The notes under the pieces were generated by a model. That model was not told the DNA's origin, ran no database searches, and worked only from the letters and a program-made list of their open reading frames with translations. A program made the position numbers and the translations under genes. From positions 10,540,001-10,604,000 of the forward strand of contig CM069146.1 in assembly GCA_035221665.1 (NCBI GenBank): DNA of 64,000 nucleotides. The letters are read 5' to 3'. Source of the DNA: Okamejei kenojei. Taxonomy: Eukaryota. Below are positions 47,660-61,814 of the stretch, in pieces (within the stretch, counting starts at the first letter, position 1; every line of letters begins with the position of its first letter).

Positions 47660-50600
47660 CTGTGGTCTTACCTTCATCATCCCTGGCTGATGCGGTTCTT
47701 ATTACTACCATCTCAAGTATATTTAGGGATAGCTAATAAATGCTCAACTTGCCAAGATTTCCTCAACCCATAAAGATTAATTTAATATCTTATATTTTCT
47801 ACACAATTATTGAGTTAATGTGCATGGCCCAATTTTAGTAGATCCTCGTGCACTAGGGTTGTACATTGTTTTTCATCTTTCCACAATGATACTAGTTTTC
47901 CTTTGGATCAATTTTATTGCTTTCATTCTTTTAAAGTAACAGCTAAATGAAATGGCATTCCTGTAAACAGGTTTATTAAGGTCATTAATTATACAAAACG
48001 TTTCAAGAGTTCTATTAGCTTTAAAATAGTTATAGATAAAGACTGGGCAGGGTGCAAGTTAAAATTCTGAACTTGAACAAGTCTAACTATGATGATATCA
48101 GTCAGTAACTTGCGAAAGTTGATCGGACTTGGTTGTTTGGGGAGCAAAGGGACATTCATACTGTGGGATGCAATTTAATGCGTGACGATGAGAGTTCAAG
48201 GCATGAATGTTCCTGTTCGAGTGGACAAAGCAGGTGGGTGGAAGGAAGCTTGGATGATGAGAGAAATTTTAGTACTGGTCTGGAAAAACAAGGAAGTATG
48301 GGCCACGTATAGGCAGTTTGGATCAAGTTAATCACAAGAGGAATTTCCTGATGTTGATGTGACATCGTGGTCAGCATGGACAGGTTGGCTCGAATGGTCT
48401 ATTTCCACGCTGTACGAGGCAATTACTATAATATAATATTATGTCAGTACTATGGATATTAAATTGTTAGTGTTCTTCGTACTAATCATATATTATTTAG
48501 TAATTTATGTTATTAAATGAAGTTACATTTGCAGAATTCCTTTCATGATTTCAACCAAATGACAATACATTTGACAAACAGTGATATTTAAATACCACCC
48601 TGGATTGCAAGAAATGTTTTGCTCAAATTGCTCAAACCTTCCGAATCAGAAGCAAGAAGAACTTCTTTGTTTTTAATACTTTTCCATTCTCTGTACCAGC
48701 TCAAATCCTAAAGGACAACATTTCATGTAACTCCTCGTGATAATCATGGATTTAATAATTTAAACTACTAACAATATTTTGTTTCATGTATCACAACACA
48801 GGAAGGAGGCCATTCAGCACATACGGTCAATGTCAATTCCTAGCAGAATAATCCAGTCATTCCCACTGCCCATCTTCCTACAACCTTCTATCCCTGAAAC
48901 TTACTCTCTCTCACATGCCTATCATTGCTCCCTTCATCTTTTTTTTATCACTACACAGTAATTTGCTCATAACCAGGAATGTGTAAAATAGATAAATGCT
49001 TCATTTTTGATGGTTCTCATGGTTTGAGTATTTTTGAGTGTGGCCTTTATTTTCAAAACATCAGGCTTGAGGAGGGAAGTTAAATGCAGTAGGCAGAGTG
49101 CTGAATCCTGCCCAATCACACTAGGTGTATAACATGCACACAACTAACCACCAATGGTTTAAAACTCTGCTACTGAAGCTCAATTTTAACAAGGATTCCA
49201 TTAAATGATACCGCAGCTTGTTGCAATGTAACGTACTCCACAAAACTCTTCCACAAACATATTCCTTGACAGATCATTGGGACTTTGCACAGTCAGGAAA
49301 AATAATTTGGTCAAATGTTCAGGTAATCCTTTTTGCCTTTGTAGACTAGCTGAACCTATCGGCCAAAACCGTTGGTTTCTGCAAGCCGGTCAAGACCATA
49401 CCCTCCTTGCATAAACTCTGTATCTATAGATTCTGCCTTCAAGAAAACTACATATAAATGTAGGCATAAATATTAAATTATGTTTACAGATTTTGTAGCA
49501 CTACCTATCAACCTTACTCTGATTGCTTAAGCGCAAAACCACATCAGCCTTTGAGGAATGAAAGGATCAAATATCCATCTGGAAAGAAATCCACCATCCT
49601 TTATTGAACGTCCAAATGTATCTCCAGACCCAAGAAGTTTTAACAGATCTCTGAAACGTCTTAGCAAGTCACCCTATTCAAGGACCATCCATGATTAGAA
49701 ATAAATGCTTGTCTGGTCATTGGCACCCATATCCCATGTACAAATGTAAAAATAAAATAATTTCATTTTGCTTAGCAAGAAGACATGAAATCTGTTTATT
49801 TATTCACCTCACATTAAATCCTAACAGAAACCCTGCTTATTGAGGTATCGCAATTTACTGTTGCACAGTGGAAGCTGCTCTGGCTGGTCCAAACAATAAA
49901 GAAATCCCGAGTTAGTGAAACACCGTCTCAGTTTGAGTCTAGGATATGAATCAAAAATGTTACATGTAGGAACAAAGGTTCCTGTACTTCAGGGTAAAGA
50001 GGATCCAATCAAAGTTAGCAGTTTTAACTCAGTTTACATTGTCTGAGCGACCTATCACTCGACTCTGGAGAATTGGAGATGAGGATGGGATATTTGGCAG
50101 AAAACATTCCGTGCCTGACCTTCAGGAATATGTATAGAGGCTATGTATTATGGCAGATCGGGGTAGGTCAGATAACAGAGCTCAAAAAATAGAAAATGAA
50201 TGTGCAATTGATGTGGCCTAGATAATACTCTGATCATCTTTAACTTGATGTGTGACATTGAACATGCATTTATTGACCACAATCTGGTTATCAACTCAAA
50301 AGTTGTGTTAATTAAAATAAATGATACTTATTCTTATATAAATGTCATTGACATGAAGATAATAATAAGGGATACATCTGCTTGCAAATTAGAGAATTTG
50401 CAGATATTTCACTATTTAAAAATCTCAAACAAATAATCAACGGAATGCAATGAAAAGATAATATGTGGGAAAAATAAACAGAAGCATGAAATATTTAAAA
50501 TTGATAGTGGAGATAAAAGATTTGGTTAATACAGTAGATAATTAGTTGGAAGGCAGAATTAATTAATTGTTCATCTTTCATTTCTGAGATCAAATCTCAA

Positions 50601-50707
50601 GGTGTGCGTTGTATTTTACTATAAAAACATCACTCGGGGCAACAGGTTAAATGTTTCATAGGGACCTGATCTGTTCTAATGTAGCTTTCTAATTCCTTTC
50701 ATCATCA

Positions 50708-50745
50708 TGTATAGTTTCCCCTAAACTTGTATAGTTTCCCCTAAA
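50708..50745. repeat. Tandem duplication with a 20-bp period
   Basis: TGTATAGTTTCCCCTAAA occurs twice. Confidence 0.9.
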
Positions 50746-50894
50746 ATATATCTGTCCATCTAATATTTCTATATGCATTCCATCGTAAACCTGCAATGGC
50801 AAGCTCCTGATTCAACTTTCACAATGCAGATGGCATAAAAGTCTCTTATATCCGCTGGATATTCTTAATCCTGCTTCCTGTGATATCTACATTA

Positions 50895-51250
50895 GGCATT
50901 GCCAGAAGAAGGCCGCATTTTTCATCAAGGATCCAGCTCATGCCCTCTTCTTGCCGTTATCATCAGTCAGGAGATACAGAAGCCTGAAGTCTAATACCGC
51001 CATGTACAGGAACAGCTACTTTCATACAACCACCAGTTTGTTTAAACCAACCAGCACAACTCTAATCTTACCTTGACAAAGGGACACGACAAAACCACCT
51101 CTTGCTCTACCATGGACTTGTCTTATAATTCTATTGTGCGCCTCCATCTTGTAGAATTTGTTTAATTATGTATAATTTAGATTTACCAGTACCTCACCAT
51201 ACTCCTGCATATGCCAATAAACAAGACAATAACGTCAATTTGACTTGACT
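50895..51250 (+). mobile_element. Rex1/Babar LINE 3' fragment
   Basis: IKDPAHALF...RRYRSLK....MYRNSYF, followed by a (TTGAC)n tail. Confidence 0.7.
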
Positions 51251-51795
51251 TTTATAGAAATGTCAACATCGTCCTCTGAGATTACTTAAAGGTTTTTTTG
51301 TTGGAGAATGGAACAATTGGGTATGCTGAAGATGAACCAGGATGGAAGAGTACAGAGAAAAGAGATTATTTGCATATTCTGAGCAGAGAAGGTACTAGGT
51401 AAATCATTTCATTTTTTTGAAATGTTGATTTGAAAATAGATTGTGCAGCATCGTGTGCACATAAGGTGGGAAAATATAAATTTCCCAGAGCTAATATTTT
51501 GCACTATCAGTGGCACAAGATGTTTTTTTTAAGGCTTTTCAAAATAAAAGTTAATACAATTGGTTAATATTCAATTTGAAAAATCTGGGGAAAATATGCC
51601 AATTGGATTAAAATCAGGGCTAGAATAAAAGGAGGTCAGAGTCTCAAGGACAGTATGGTGGAGTGTGGGAGAGAGTGGGTTTATGCTGAAAACACCAAGA
51701 ACAATTGACAGGGTACCCTGCCCACTATTTCATCCAAAATGTCATCTGCCAGTATGATAATTTTTTTTTCACATTCCTGCCTTACTTGAAGGAGA

Positions 51796-51998
51796 TAGAC
51801 ACAAAAACCTGGAGTAACTCAGTGGGACAGGCAACATCTCTAGAGAGAAGGAATGGGTGACGTTTTGGGTTGAGACCCTTCTTCAGACTGGTTAGGGATA
51901 TGGGAAACTAGCGATATAGACGGTGATGCGGAGGGATGAAGAATAATGAATGAAAGATATGCAAAAAAGTAACAATGATAAAGGAAACAGGCCATTGT
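51796..51998 (-). mobile_element. PLE 3' fragment (short end)
   Basis: Homologous to 56394-56594 and contains GAGACCCTTCTTCAGAC. Confidence 0.8.
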
Positions 51999-54857
51999 CC
52001 TTAGAGGAGAGTCACAGGAAAATAGTCATCAGTCCCTCATTCTTGTTAAAGTCTCAGTGGGTTACATTTTAAGTCAGTGCACCAAATTCACATTGAAAAT
52101 AAATATCACATTCTAAAACATTAAAAGTAATTTGTGTCTGAAGCTAATTACTTTAATTTTGCAGAGTAATTAAATTTAGGTCATTGCTTTGAATGCTATT
52201 TTCTGCCATACCTAGCTGCAGAGAAGTAAACCCTGCAGCGGCTCATTCTGAACATTGTTACTACGAGTACATCTCCTCACCAAATTAAAAAGCACATGCC
52301 TGCACACAGCAAGGTCAAGACTATATTCAGGCATATGTTGATAATGACCAGTAATATTAATATCACATATATGCCAAGAAATGCCCATGCCCAACACAAG
52401 CATCTCATATTAATCATATTATTCAATGGCATTGCCATCAACAAATCCCTATCATCAATGTACTTGCGGGTCATTATTACCAGAAATTAAACTATACCAG
52501 TTACATAAAAACTGTCGCCCCACGAACAGGTCAGAGATTGAATATCCTGTAGCAAGTGCCACACCTTCAAACACCACGGGATTTATCCACCATCTAAAGG
52601 CACATGTCAAGAGCATGGTGAAGTGATTTCCACTTACTGTACCTGCATGAGTGTAGCATTAATAAATCTCAATAATCTTCACACCAGAGCAAAGCACTCT
52701 GCTTGATTGCTGCCCACCCTAAAAGTTCAATCCCTTCATCCCTAGTGTGTAGCAGCTACTGTGTGTACCCTTTACAAAAGGAACAATCATTGCTTACCCA
52801 TGCTACTCCAACAGCACTTCCCAAAGCTATGTCATCCTCCAGCCATATGGAATACCACCATCTTCAGTTTTTTATCCACTCTACATACAATCATGACTTG
52901 TCACTGGACTTGAACCTTTGTAACTTCCTACAAATTGCACTGTAGAAATACCTTCAGCAGAATAACTTCTCAAAATCAATGTGAGGTGGACAAGTAATTC
53001 GGGCTCTATTCGTGCAAAAGCGAGATATTGTCAGTATTTCAGGTCAATGAGCTTTTCGTAAAGCTGGGATGGATGAACAAGATTTGAGATCCAGAGAAAA
53101 GAGAAGGTGTAGGGGGGAAATAAATAGAAAAAATTGATAAGGTGTTCAACAGGAGAGGTTTAATGACAGAAGGGATAATAAGGTAGGTGATGGAACAAAT
53201 GAGAGAACAGAACTTAGGTTGAAAATTAGTGAATATATGTGGGAAGATAAATGATCATCTGGAATGATTTATGGAAGGTCCTCTGAATGCTCGAAGAGTA
53301 AAATAAAAATGTTGGAAATACTACATTTTTGAAAATGTTGAACAATGATTAGATTGGAAGGCTGCAACATGCCTCTGCGTATAACTGTTAAATCCTTAAA
53401 CTTGATGCCAAATTCCATCTACTTCCTCTCTACATCTTAAAATGTAGCTATTTCTAACTTTGCCCCCAATCTATCTGTGGAATTCTCTGCCCCAGAGAGT
53501 TGTAGAAGCTAGTTCATTTTAGAGATTTAGAGTGGGGGAAGCTGCATTTCTAAAAGAGCAGGCAAATTGGGATCTGGTACAGAAACAGGGATGAGGCGTA
53601 TGATAGACCATGATCACAATGAAAAGCAGAATAGACGAAGACCATGTGGCCTCCTCCTGCTCCAATTTCCTTGCATTCTTATGTTTTTGCATGTATCCAA
53701 ATCCAACCAAAACAGAACACAACAAAGAAGACATAAATATGTCAAAGGAGTCACTGAAATAATTTTTTCTTTCATGGGCATTTTTATGCCTGAATATTAG
53801 TAATGCAAATTGGATGAGTGGAGGTATATTATATACCTGGTGAATCAGAGTGGGACAAACTGGAAAAAGAGGTCCACAGTCACAAACACATTCCCAAACA
53901 ACACATGATGCACACATGCCCACACACAGTATTAAAACTATTTAAATGCCTTTCACATTGTTACAACCACACAAGCACCAGTTAAAGTACATACTGTAAT
54001 TTTAAACAATTTTAAACATATTTGGCTTTGCCTGGGAAACTGAAGGGTAAAGTCATATGAATTCAATTCGGAAAAACAATGCAAAGCTGCTGAAAGTCTT
54101 CCATTATTTTAGCAATACAGCAGACGTTGAATGCAGCCCAACAAAACCACGACCGCATAGAGACTTTGCTAACGTTTAATTTCCATTTGGATGCTAGTGG
54201 GAAATATTCTGTATAAAAATCAAAATACGCCACATCCAGCCGTTACACAATAGTTGAGGTACAGTAGGTCATGATGTCTTGTCAATATATCCAATGCAAA
54301 GATGTGCTGAAACATTTTTTGAGGTTTTCTAATAAGTAATTATATTCATTTTCAAATTTATTAAAATTAAGGACTTGTATGGCAATTGATTAATCATGTC
54401 TTTTAATGTTAACAATCTCATTTGAAGATTTAGTGATACCTTTAATTTAATTAGTTCTGAATATCTGAAATTTTAAGTTGCCTGCGGACTTCAAAATACT
54501 CAATCCAAGAATGGGTATTATTCAATTTATTATCAACATCCTTACTGTTAGTAATCTCCCAAAAAGATTTAACACATTAATTGGATATATTTTCTGCAGT
54601 GAATATGCAAGATTCCATTTCTTTGCCTTTGGCTTGACAGATATAGTTATCTCAATTACACTTGCTTTACTTCAGCTTTAAAATAAAAGTGAAATATTAA
54701 TGTGTTGCATTATACTTATAATTCATTAGCAAGTGGAGGAAAAGTTGTCTGCTTTATGCAGAAAATTATAATAAAGACTATTCTCAGGCTCTGAATTTGG
54801 CATTTAAATTTCCTGTCAACATGTAACGTCATTTAAAAGAAAGACTTGATCTTATCA

Positions 54858-55359
54858 CCATATAACCATATAACCATATAACAATTACAGCACGGAAACA
54901 GGCCCTCTCGGCCCTTCCAGTCCGTGCCGACCATTTGTTTTCCCCTAGTCCCATCTACCTGCACTCAGACCATACCCCTCCATTCCCTTCACGTCCATAT
55001 ACCTATCCACTTTACTTTTAAATGTTAAAATCGATCCTGCCTCCACCACTTCTGCTGGAAGCTCATTCCACACAGCCACCACCCTCTGAGTAAAGAAGTA
55101 TCCCCTCACGTTACCCCTAAACTTCTGTCCCTTAATTCTCATGTCATGCCCTCTTGTTTGAATCTTCCCTACCCTCAATGGGAAAAGCTTATCCACGTCA
55201 ACTCTGTCAATCCCTTTCATCATTTTAAAGACCTCAATCATGTCCCCCCCTAACCTTCTGCGCTCCAAAGAATAAAGATCTAACTTGTTCAACCTTTCTC
55301 TGTAACATAGTTGCTGGAACCCTGGCAACATTCTAGTAAATCTCCTCTGTACTCTCTCT
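54858..55359 (-). mobile_element. Young CR1 3' fragment with an open ORF2 C-terminus
   Basis: ORF 54945-55331 reads LYSLERRRL.GD...TRGH...FFTQRVV..WN.LP, with a (CCATATAA)n tail. Confidence 0.92.
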
Positions 55360-56390
55360 TGACATGGGTTGTAGCTTAGCTGGTAATAAATTATTTCTGG
55401 AAAACTTATTGCTCATTTTGCATGAAAAACATCCTACTGTGGTAACTCATTTTAATGCTAAACAATAAATAGGCATTCAATAACATTTATAATTCTGTCT
55501 CCATGGTCACAGTGTAATATATATCATGGCGCAGCGATAGGCTTGCATGTTATTTAAATTGATTTATTGTTAATTTACTCTCAGGAAATGATAAATATAC
55601 CATTAAATTTAATTTCCTCTTCAATTAAATACATATGTTATTCAGTTTACTTTGGTTACTATAAAAATATCTCCAAACCCAACTTCTACTAGTCTAAAAA
55701 AGGATTAAAAATCAAAGCAGATATGGTAGAGTTATTTCAAATGCGTCACAGACCGCACATTTACTTATCCCATCTTAAATTATTTATATTCTCAACCAAA
55801 TAGAAAATTTGGCATTACTGAATTATTTTTTTTTATAATAGATTACTGGAAGTGGGTATCATTAGCAGAGCCAGTACTAATTCCCTTCAGAAACAAATGG
55901 CAAAGCAGATGTTCAAATGAACTGTCGTCTCTGGTGAATGTCTTTCCTCAGTGCTGTTAAACAAGTAACTCAAAGTTTTCAATATTGATGATGATGGAAT
56001 GGTGTTATATTTCCAAGTTTGCATATTATATCACTTGGAGAGCAATTTGGAGATGGTGGTGTTCCCATTTGCCCGCTGCATTTGGAGAATGGAGGTATTG
56101 TGGTGTGTAAGGTTTTCTTTAAAGAAAAACAGGCTTTAACAAACTGCTATACTGCATCTTGTAAATGGCAAATGCTGCAGTGTCAGTGTACAAATGATGA
56201 AAGAAGTGCATGTTTATCTTAATAGTGTCGCACATTCTGATCGTGTGAGCTGTTTTTCTCTTAATGGTAGTCAATCTCTTCAACATTGTTGAAACTGCAA
56301 TTATCCACAAGGAAGAGAGGTTTTCATCAAGCCCCAGACTTTATACTTAGTAGTGACAAAATAATTTTATTGGCCGTGAGGTGAGTTAGT

Positions 56391-58337
56391 GGGTACACAA
56401 AAGGCTGGAGAAACTCAGCGGGTGCAGCAGCATCTAAGGAACAAAGGAGATAGGCGACGTTTCGGGTCGAGACCCTTCTTCAGACTGGTCAGGGATCAGG
56501 GAAACTAGAGATATAGACGGTGATGTGGAGAGATAAAGAACAATGAATGAAAGATATGCAAAAAAGTATCGATGATAAAGGGAACAAGCCATTGTAAGCT
56601 GTTTGTGGTGTGAAAATGAGAAGCTAGTGCGACTAGGGTGGGGGAGAGAGATAGAGAGAGAGGGAATGCCAGGGCCCAAGGGCTGAGGGATAGGTGGGAA
56701 GGGGAGGAGACAGCAAGGGTTAACAGAATTGAGAACATTCAATGTTCAAGCCCAGAGGATGCAGACTCCCCAAGCGGAATATGAGGTGCTGTTCCTCCAA
56801 CTTGCGGTGTTGCTCACTCTGGCTGTGGAGGAGGCCCAGGACCAAGAGGTAGGATACAGGAGGGGGAGTTGAAGTGCTGAGCCACCAGGAGGTCGGGTTG
56901 GTTAATGCGGACCGAGCGGAGGTGTTCGGCAAAACGATCGCCAAGCCTCCGCTTGGTCTCACCGATCTAGATCATCTGGCATCTGGAGCAGCGGATGCAG
57001 TAGATGAGGTTGGAGGAAGTGCAGGTGAACCTCTGTTGGACCTGGAAGGACTGCTTGGGTCCCTGAAAGGAGTGGAGGGGGAGGTGAAGGGACAAGTGTA
57101 GCATTTCTTGCGGTTGCAAGGGAAAGTGCCCGGGGAAGGGGTAGAGCGGGAGGGAAGGGAAGAATTGACAAGGGAGTTGCGAGGGAGTGGTCTTTGCGGA
57201 AAGCAGACGGGGGGGAGATGGGAAGATGTGGCCAGTGGAGGGGTCACGTTGGAGGTGTAGAAACTGGCGGAGGACTATGTGTTGTATTTGCCGGCTGGTG
57301 GGGTGAAAGGTGAGGACCAGGGGGACTCTGCCCTTGTTGCGAGTGGGGGAATGGGGAGAGAGGGCAGTGTTGTGGGGTATGGAGGAGATCCTGGTGTGAG
57401 CCTCATCTATAGTGGGGGAGGGGAATCCCCGTTCTCTGAAGAATGAGGTCATTTGTGATGACCTGGTGTGGAACACCTCATCCTGGGAGCAGATGCGGCA
57501 TATACGGAGGAATTGGGAATAGGGGATGGAGTCCTTACAGGATGGAGGGTGGGAGGAAGAGTAGTCCAGGTAGCTGTGGGAGTCAGTTGGTTTGTAGTGG
57601 ATGTCGGTCAGGAGTGTATCACCTGCAATAGAGATGGTGAGGTCAAGGAATGGTAGGGAAATGTCAGAAATGGTCCAAGTGTATTTGAGTGCCGGATGGA
57701 AGTTGGTGGTGAAATGGATGAAGTCAGTCAGTGGTGTGTGGGTGCAGGAGGTGACATCAAAGCAGTCATCGATGTAACGGAGGTAAAGGTCGGGGATGGG
57801 GCCCTGGTACGCTGAGAACAAGGATTGTTCGACGTACCCGACAAAGAGGCAAGCGTAGCTGGGGCCCATGCGTGTGCCCATAGCTACGCCTTGTGTTTGG
57901 AGGAAATGGGAGGAGTCAAAAGAGAAGTTATTGAGGGTAAGGACCAACTCCGCTAGGCGGAGGAGGGTATCAGTGGACGGGTATGGGTTGCTCCTCTGGT
58001 CGAGGAAGAACCGGAGGGCTTTGAGACCGTCCTGGTGGGGGATGGAGGTGTAGAGTGACTGGATGTCCATGGTAAAGATGAGAGAAACGGGGCCTGGAGA
58101 ATGGAATGCGTGGAGCCGACGGAGAATGTCTGAGGTGTCTTGAACATAGGTGGGGAGGGATTTAACAAAGGGGGATAGGATGGAGTCAAGGTATGTGGAA
58201 ATGTGTTCGGTGGGGCACGAACAGGCAGAGACAATGGGTCTGCCAGGGCAGTCGGGTTTGTGGATTTTGGGGAGAAGGTAAAATCGGGCCGTGCGGGGCT
58301 GGGAAACGATGAGGTCGGAGGCTCGGGGGGGGTAGGG
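56391..58337 (-). mobile_element. 5'-truncated Penelope-like element (RT, GIY-YIG endonuclease and terminal repeat)
   Basis: Motifs FYLLPKIHK, GRPIVS, DIQSLYT, GVAMG, YLRYIDD, FLDL, CNRKKCYTC and LIYCI.C...*IGET.R.L..RF.EH. Confidence 0.93.
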
Positions 58338-58449
58338 AGCCGCAGCTGATGAAGTCAATTATTGCAGGTTATCCTGTATCTGTCTGTTTTTACAGCTATA
58401 GAACTTGGAGCTGGTCCGGTTGCATTTCTGGACTACTGCAACTTTTATT

Positions 58450-58532
58450 TTAGACTTGAGGATGTGGCAACCATGTTGCGACCGCATAGTATCCTGCAGT
58501 CGCCTAAAAAGTCGCCTAAGTGGGACAGGCCC
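58450..58532. mobile_element. Possible single terminus of a non-autonomous DNA transposon (PIF/Harbinger-like)
   Basis: Subterminal AGTCGCCTAA repeats end in AAGTGGGACAGGCCC. No partner end was seen. Confidence 0.35.
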
Positions 58533-59819
58533 ATAAGTCACTTAGCAGGTAAATTGCCATCGTAGGGTCAGAGAATAGTGACCAATCTGAAAGACATGTT
58601 CCACTGACCCAATCAACCAAGAGCATCATAGACAACTATTCCAGACTCGTTCATCATTTACCTGAATAACAGCTCTGCAAGCTTTGAATTCTAATAGCTG
58701 CACAGGGCTTGGAACTCTCCTAATAACAATATTAAGTAAAGACCCAATTGTCTATCTGTTTCCTCTATACAAAGGAGAACATAAGGGACAAAGCTGATTA
58801 TTATCAAAACTGCCATCTGATGTATTTTTTACCACGGTCCTCATTATTATGGATACCAGTATCTAACAATTCAGTGTGAAAACACTTCAATGTTATTCTA
58901 CCAGACGCCTGAGTGGACTAGGCTCGGAAAAACATGTGAAGCCCAATAACATGGTAAAACTGTGCAAAAACGAGCAACTGCTTTGATGAAGATGTGTTAG
59001 TACAACAGTGACTACCATCTGTCCAACAATACACCAATGTCCTCTGATAAAATCTATCTTTTAAATAACAGATAAAGTTGACTTGGCCAATTGACAGCTA
59101 GAACTCTGCCTACACAATTGATAAGGGATGCAGGAGGATATTAATGGCCTCACCAAGTAGAATCTACTTGGAAACCACCTGGTCACTGATATTCAATTTT
59201 GTTTCTATCAGAATATTGAAGCTTCACATTCCAATATAATCTTAGTCCAGGTGCAAAATTGAGTTGTAAAGCAATGGAGGCAACTATCTTTCATAGCAAA
59301 GGATCCTTTGGCCAAGATGCCACCAAGGAACAGCAAAAGAACTGGTGGGATTTATCAACAGGGCTTGGAATCACATCTAATTTAAAGAAACGTTGGTCAT
59401 CAGAATTCAAGATCATCACTGCCTGTTTCATACAAATATCTTTCCTTTATCAGACATAGGGTTTGAACTTTCAGCTCCAATTGTTAGTTACTGAAAGAAC
59501 ACACACAGGTTCTTAATACCATGTTTCATTATATTTTTTACACACCCATTTTATAACATCAGCCATGTATTTGTTTGAAAAATGTTCTCAAAATCTAGAA
59601 TATTTAAATACATTGCTAACTAATCAATTTTATTTGTCAATCAGTAATAGACTGTGGTAGATAGACTGTGTGGTAACACTACATGGAAGAAATCCTGGAA
59701 TAATAAAACTTTGCAGCAAAGGCAAATTGGATGGCTCAGATATTATCATTAGCACTATATACACAGTTGCAACTTATTATGGAAGTTAAAAGATGATGCA
59801 TTTGCCTATAGAAACAACT

Positions 59820-60095
59820 TACTCCTCTGTTATTAGGTTTCTAAATGCTCCGTCCATAAGCTGGGGTACTGTCTGATTCACCTCTACTCCATTGCAGACG
59901 TTGCTCTTGTCTATGGAACTGGTGCACTACAATGATGAGAGCCATATTCTGCACTGTGTGGTTTCCCCTGGGCTCTATCTATGATACTGTACTTGAGGTT
60001 GGGTTGATTGCATTTATTGTGGTATTATCTGATCTTATTGGATAGCATGAAAATCAATGCTTTTCACTGTACCTCAGTACACATGACACAAAACC
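59820..60095 (+). mobile_element. Rex1/Babar-type LINE 3' UTR
   Basis: GGATAGCATG...GCTTTTCACTGTACCTCAGTACACATGAC tail. Confidence 0.55.
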
Positions 60096-61610
60096 AACAC
60101 AGTTTTGCACAACAATGAATACACACCAAGTAATTCAAAGCCTACTCTTAAAGTGGAGCTCGTTTGTGAACTTTCCACAGTATTCTAGCTGCACTTCCTG
60201 AAGCGGAGAAACAGGCCATAGTGGTTCCCAGCAAAGGTCGCCCAATTAGACCGTAATAATAACTTGAGAAAAATAATATATGAATCACATAAGTGGCAGT
60301 TGGTGATAGCATTGAACCCATCTTAAATTTAATAGTCCAGGTTATCAGAATTACAAAGCAAGATTCCATAAGTGGGTCAACCCTTGTTTCATAGTAGGGG
60401 AACCAATATCAATATCAACTTTCTGGCTTTCCAATTACAGTCCTAAGGTAAATAAACTATTTAATTCAGATTAATTATGCATCTTGTCAGTGTGAAGGTC
60501 TTGATTGTGTTCTAGTTCCCAGTAAGTATGAAGCTAATTCAATGAGGCTTGCACAAATAATTAACTATGTTAAATAATAAAGCCATCTTTACACCCAAAA
60601 TCTCACCCCTCCAAATCACCATCTTTTTGTGTGTGTGTGACTTTAAAGAAATAATGATAAAAAGGGGAATCATAACCATTTCTTTCTCACAAATGCCAAA
60701 TCACTATCAGAATAGTTACTAACCATTAGTGCAGCTGAGCAATTTAAACCGAATCACCAGTTTTAGTGAATATGGTAAAAAAAATAAAATATATACCTGT
60801 AATAAAATTAATTTAGTATGTATTTGTACTTTTCTAATATTTGGCAGTTCAAATATACGAGCAATTTAATTCAGTTTTAGTATTTTTGTTTCTTTAACAG
60901 TCAGAAACATTTAGGATATTTCTGACATGTTTGACAGCCAGCTAAGCTAATGATCGTCTGTCAAATATTTGTTCTGCTTTTCCTAACCAATACTTCCAAA
61001 TTCCCTTAAACACTTCCTTTCCCCTTGGTGAGACAGTAACGTTACGACAATTTCAGGAAAGGATTTCGCACTGGGGAAATTGACAACATGTACAGATATG
61101 ATGTAGGTAAGTACATGGCACTCACCACAGAACTGTATAAAAATATCTCTTGTCCTTAGCTAAGCTGTGCATAAAAACATGTTAACCTATATTTGCTTTA
61201 GCACATAGAATAATACAGTACAGAAACAGACCTTTCAGCCCAACTCATCCATGCTGACAAAGATGCTTATCATATGCCAGGCATTTTCCTGCCTTGGGCC
61301 CCACATTAAATGTAGAGAGGTACAACACAAGAGCAGGTCCCTCAGCCCACGTCTCAACTCCTTTCCTATTCATGAACCTGTCCAAATGTCTTTTTAACAT
61401 TTAACCTGCCTTTACCACCTCCTCTGGCAGCTCGTTCCATACTCCACATGACAAACATACCACTCAGATCCCATTTATATCTATTCCTTCTCACCTTAAA
61501 TCTCTAGTTTCAGACCGGGAAGAAAGTGATTTTCTGCTCTATCTGTGCCCCTCATAATCTTATCATCCCCCAGCCCCCTTCACTCCAAAGCAAACAAACC
61601 CAGCAGATCA

Positions 61611-61683
61611 GCTGAAATTGCTCAGTTGGGAGAGCGTTACCCTGAAGATCTAAATGTCCATGGTTCAATCCCAAGTTTCAGCA
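61611..61683 (+). pseudogene. tRNA-Phe(GAA) pseudogene, 73 nt, no CCA
   Basis: It differs from the canonical vertebrate tRNA-Phe at about 10 positions. The anticodon stem is disrupted (TTACC vs TTAGA); the GAA anticodon and A/B boxes are recognisable. Confidence 0.88.
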
Positions 61684-61700
61684 ATACTGCCGTTTATTTC

Positions 61701-61814
61701 TGGGAGAGGCAAGAGAATGCAGTTAGGAACGAGAGATAGATCAGCCATGATTAAATGACGGAGTAGACTTGATGGACTGAATGGCCTCATTTGCTGCTAT
61801 CACGAATGAACATG
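61701..61814 (+). mobile_element. CR1 3' UTR fused behind the tRNA-Phe copy
   Basis: GATCAGCCATGATTAAATG.CGGAGTAGACTTGATGGACTGAATGGCCT is homologous to 38047-38185. Confidence 0.85.

Noticed and set aside
60901-61108. Plus-strand acceptor/donor pair
   Set aside because: It contains multiple stop codons and has no partner exons; likely chance.
61611-61683. Functional tRNA-Phe gene
   Set aside because: The anticodon and T stems carry mismatches, there is no T4 terminator, and it sits in a retro-insertion.
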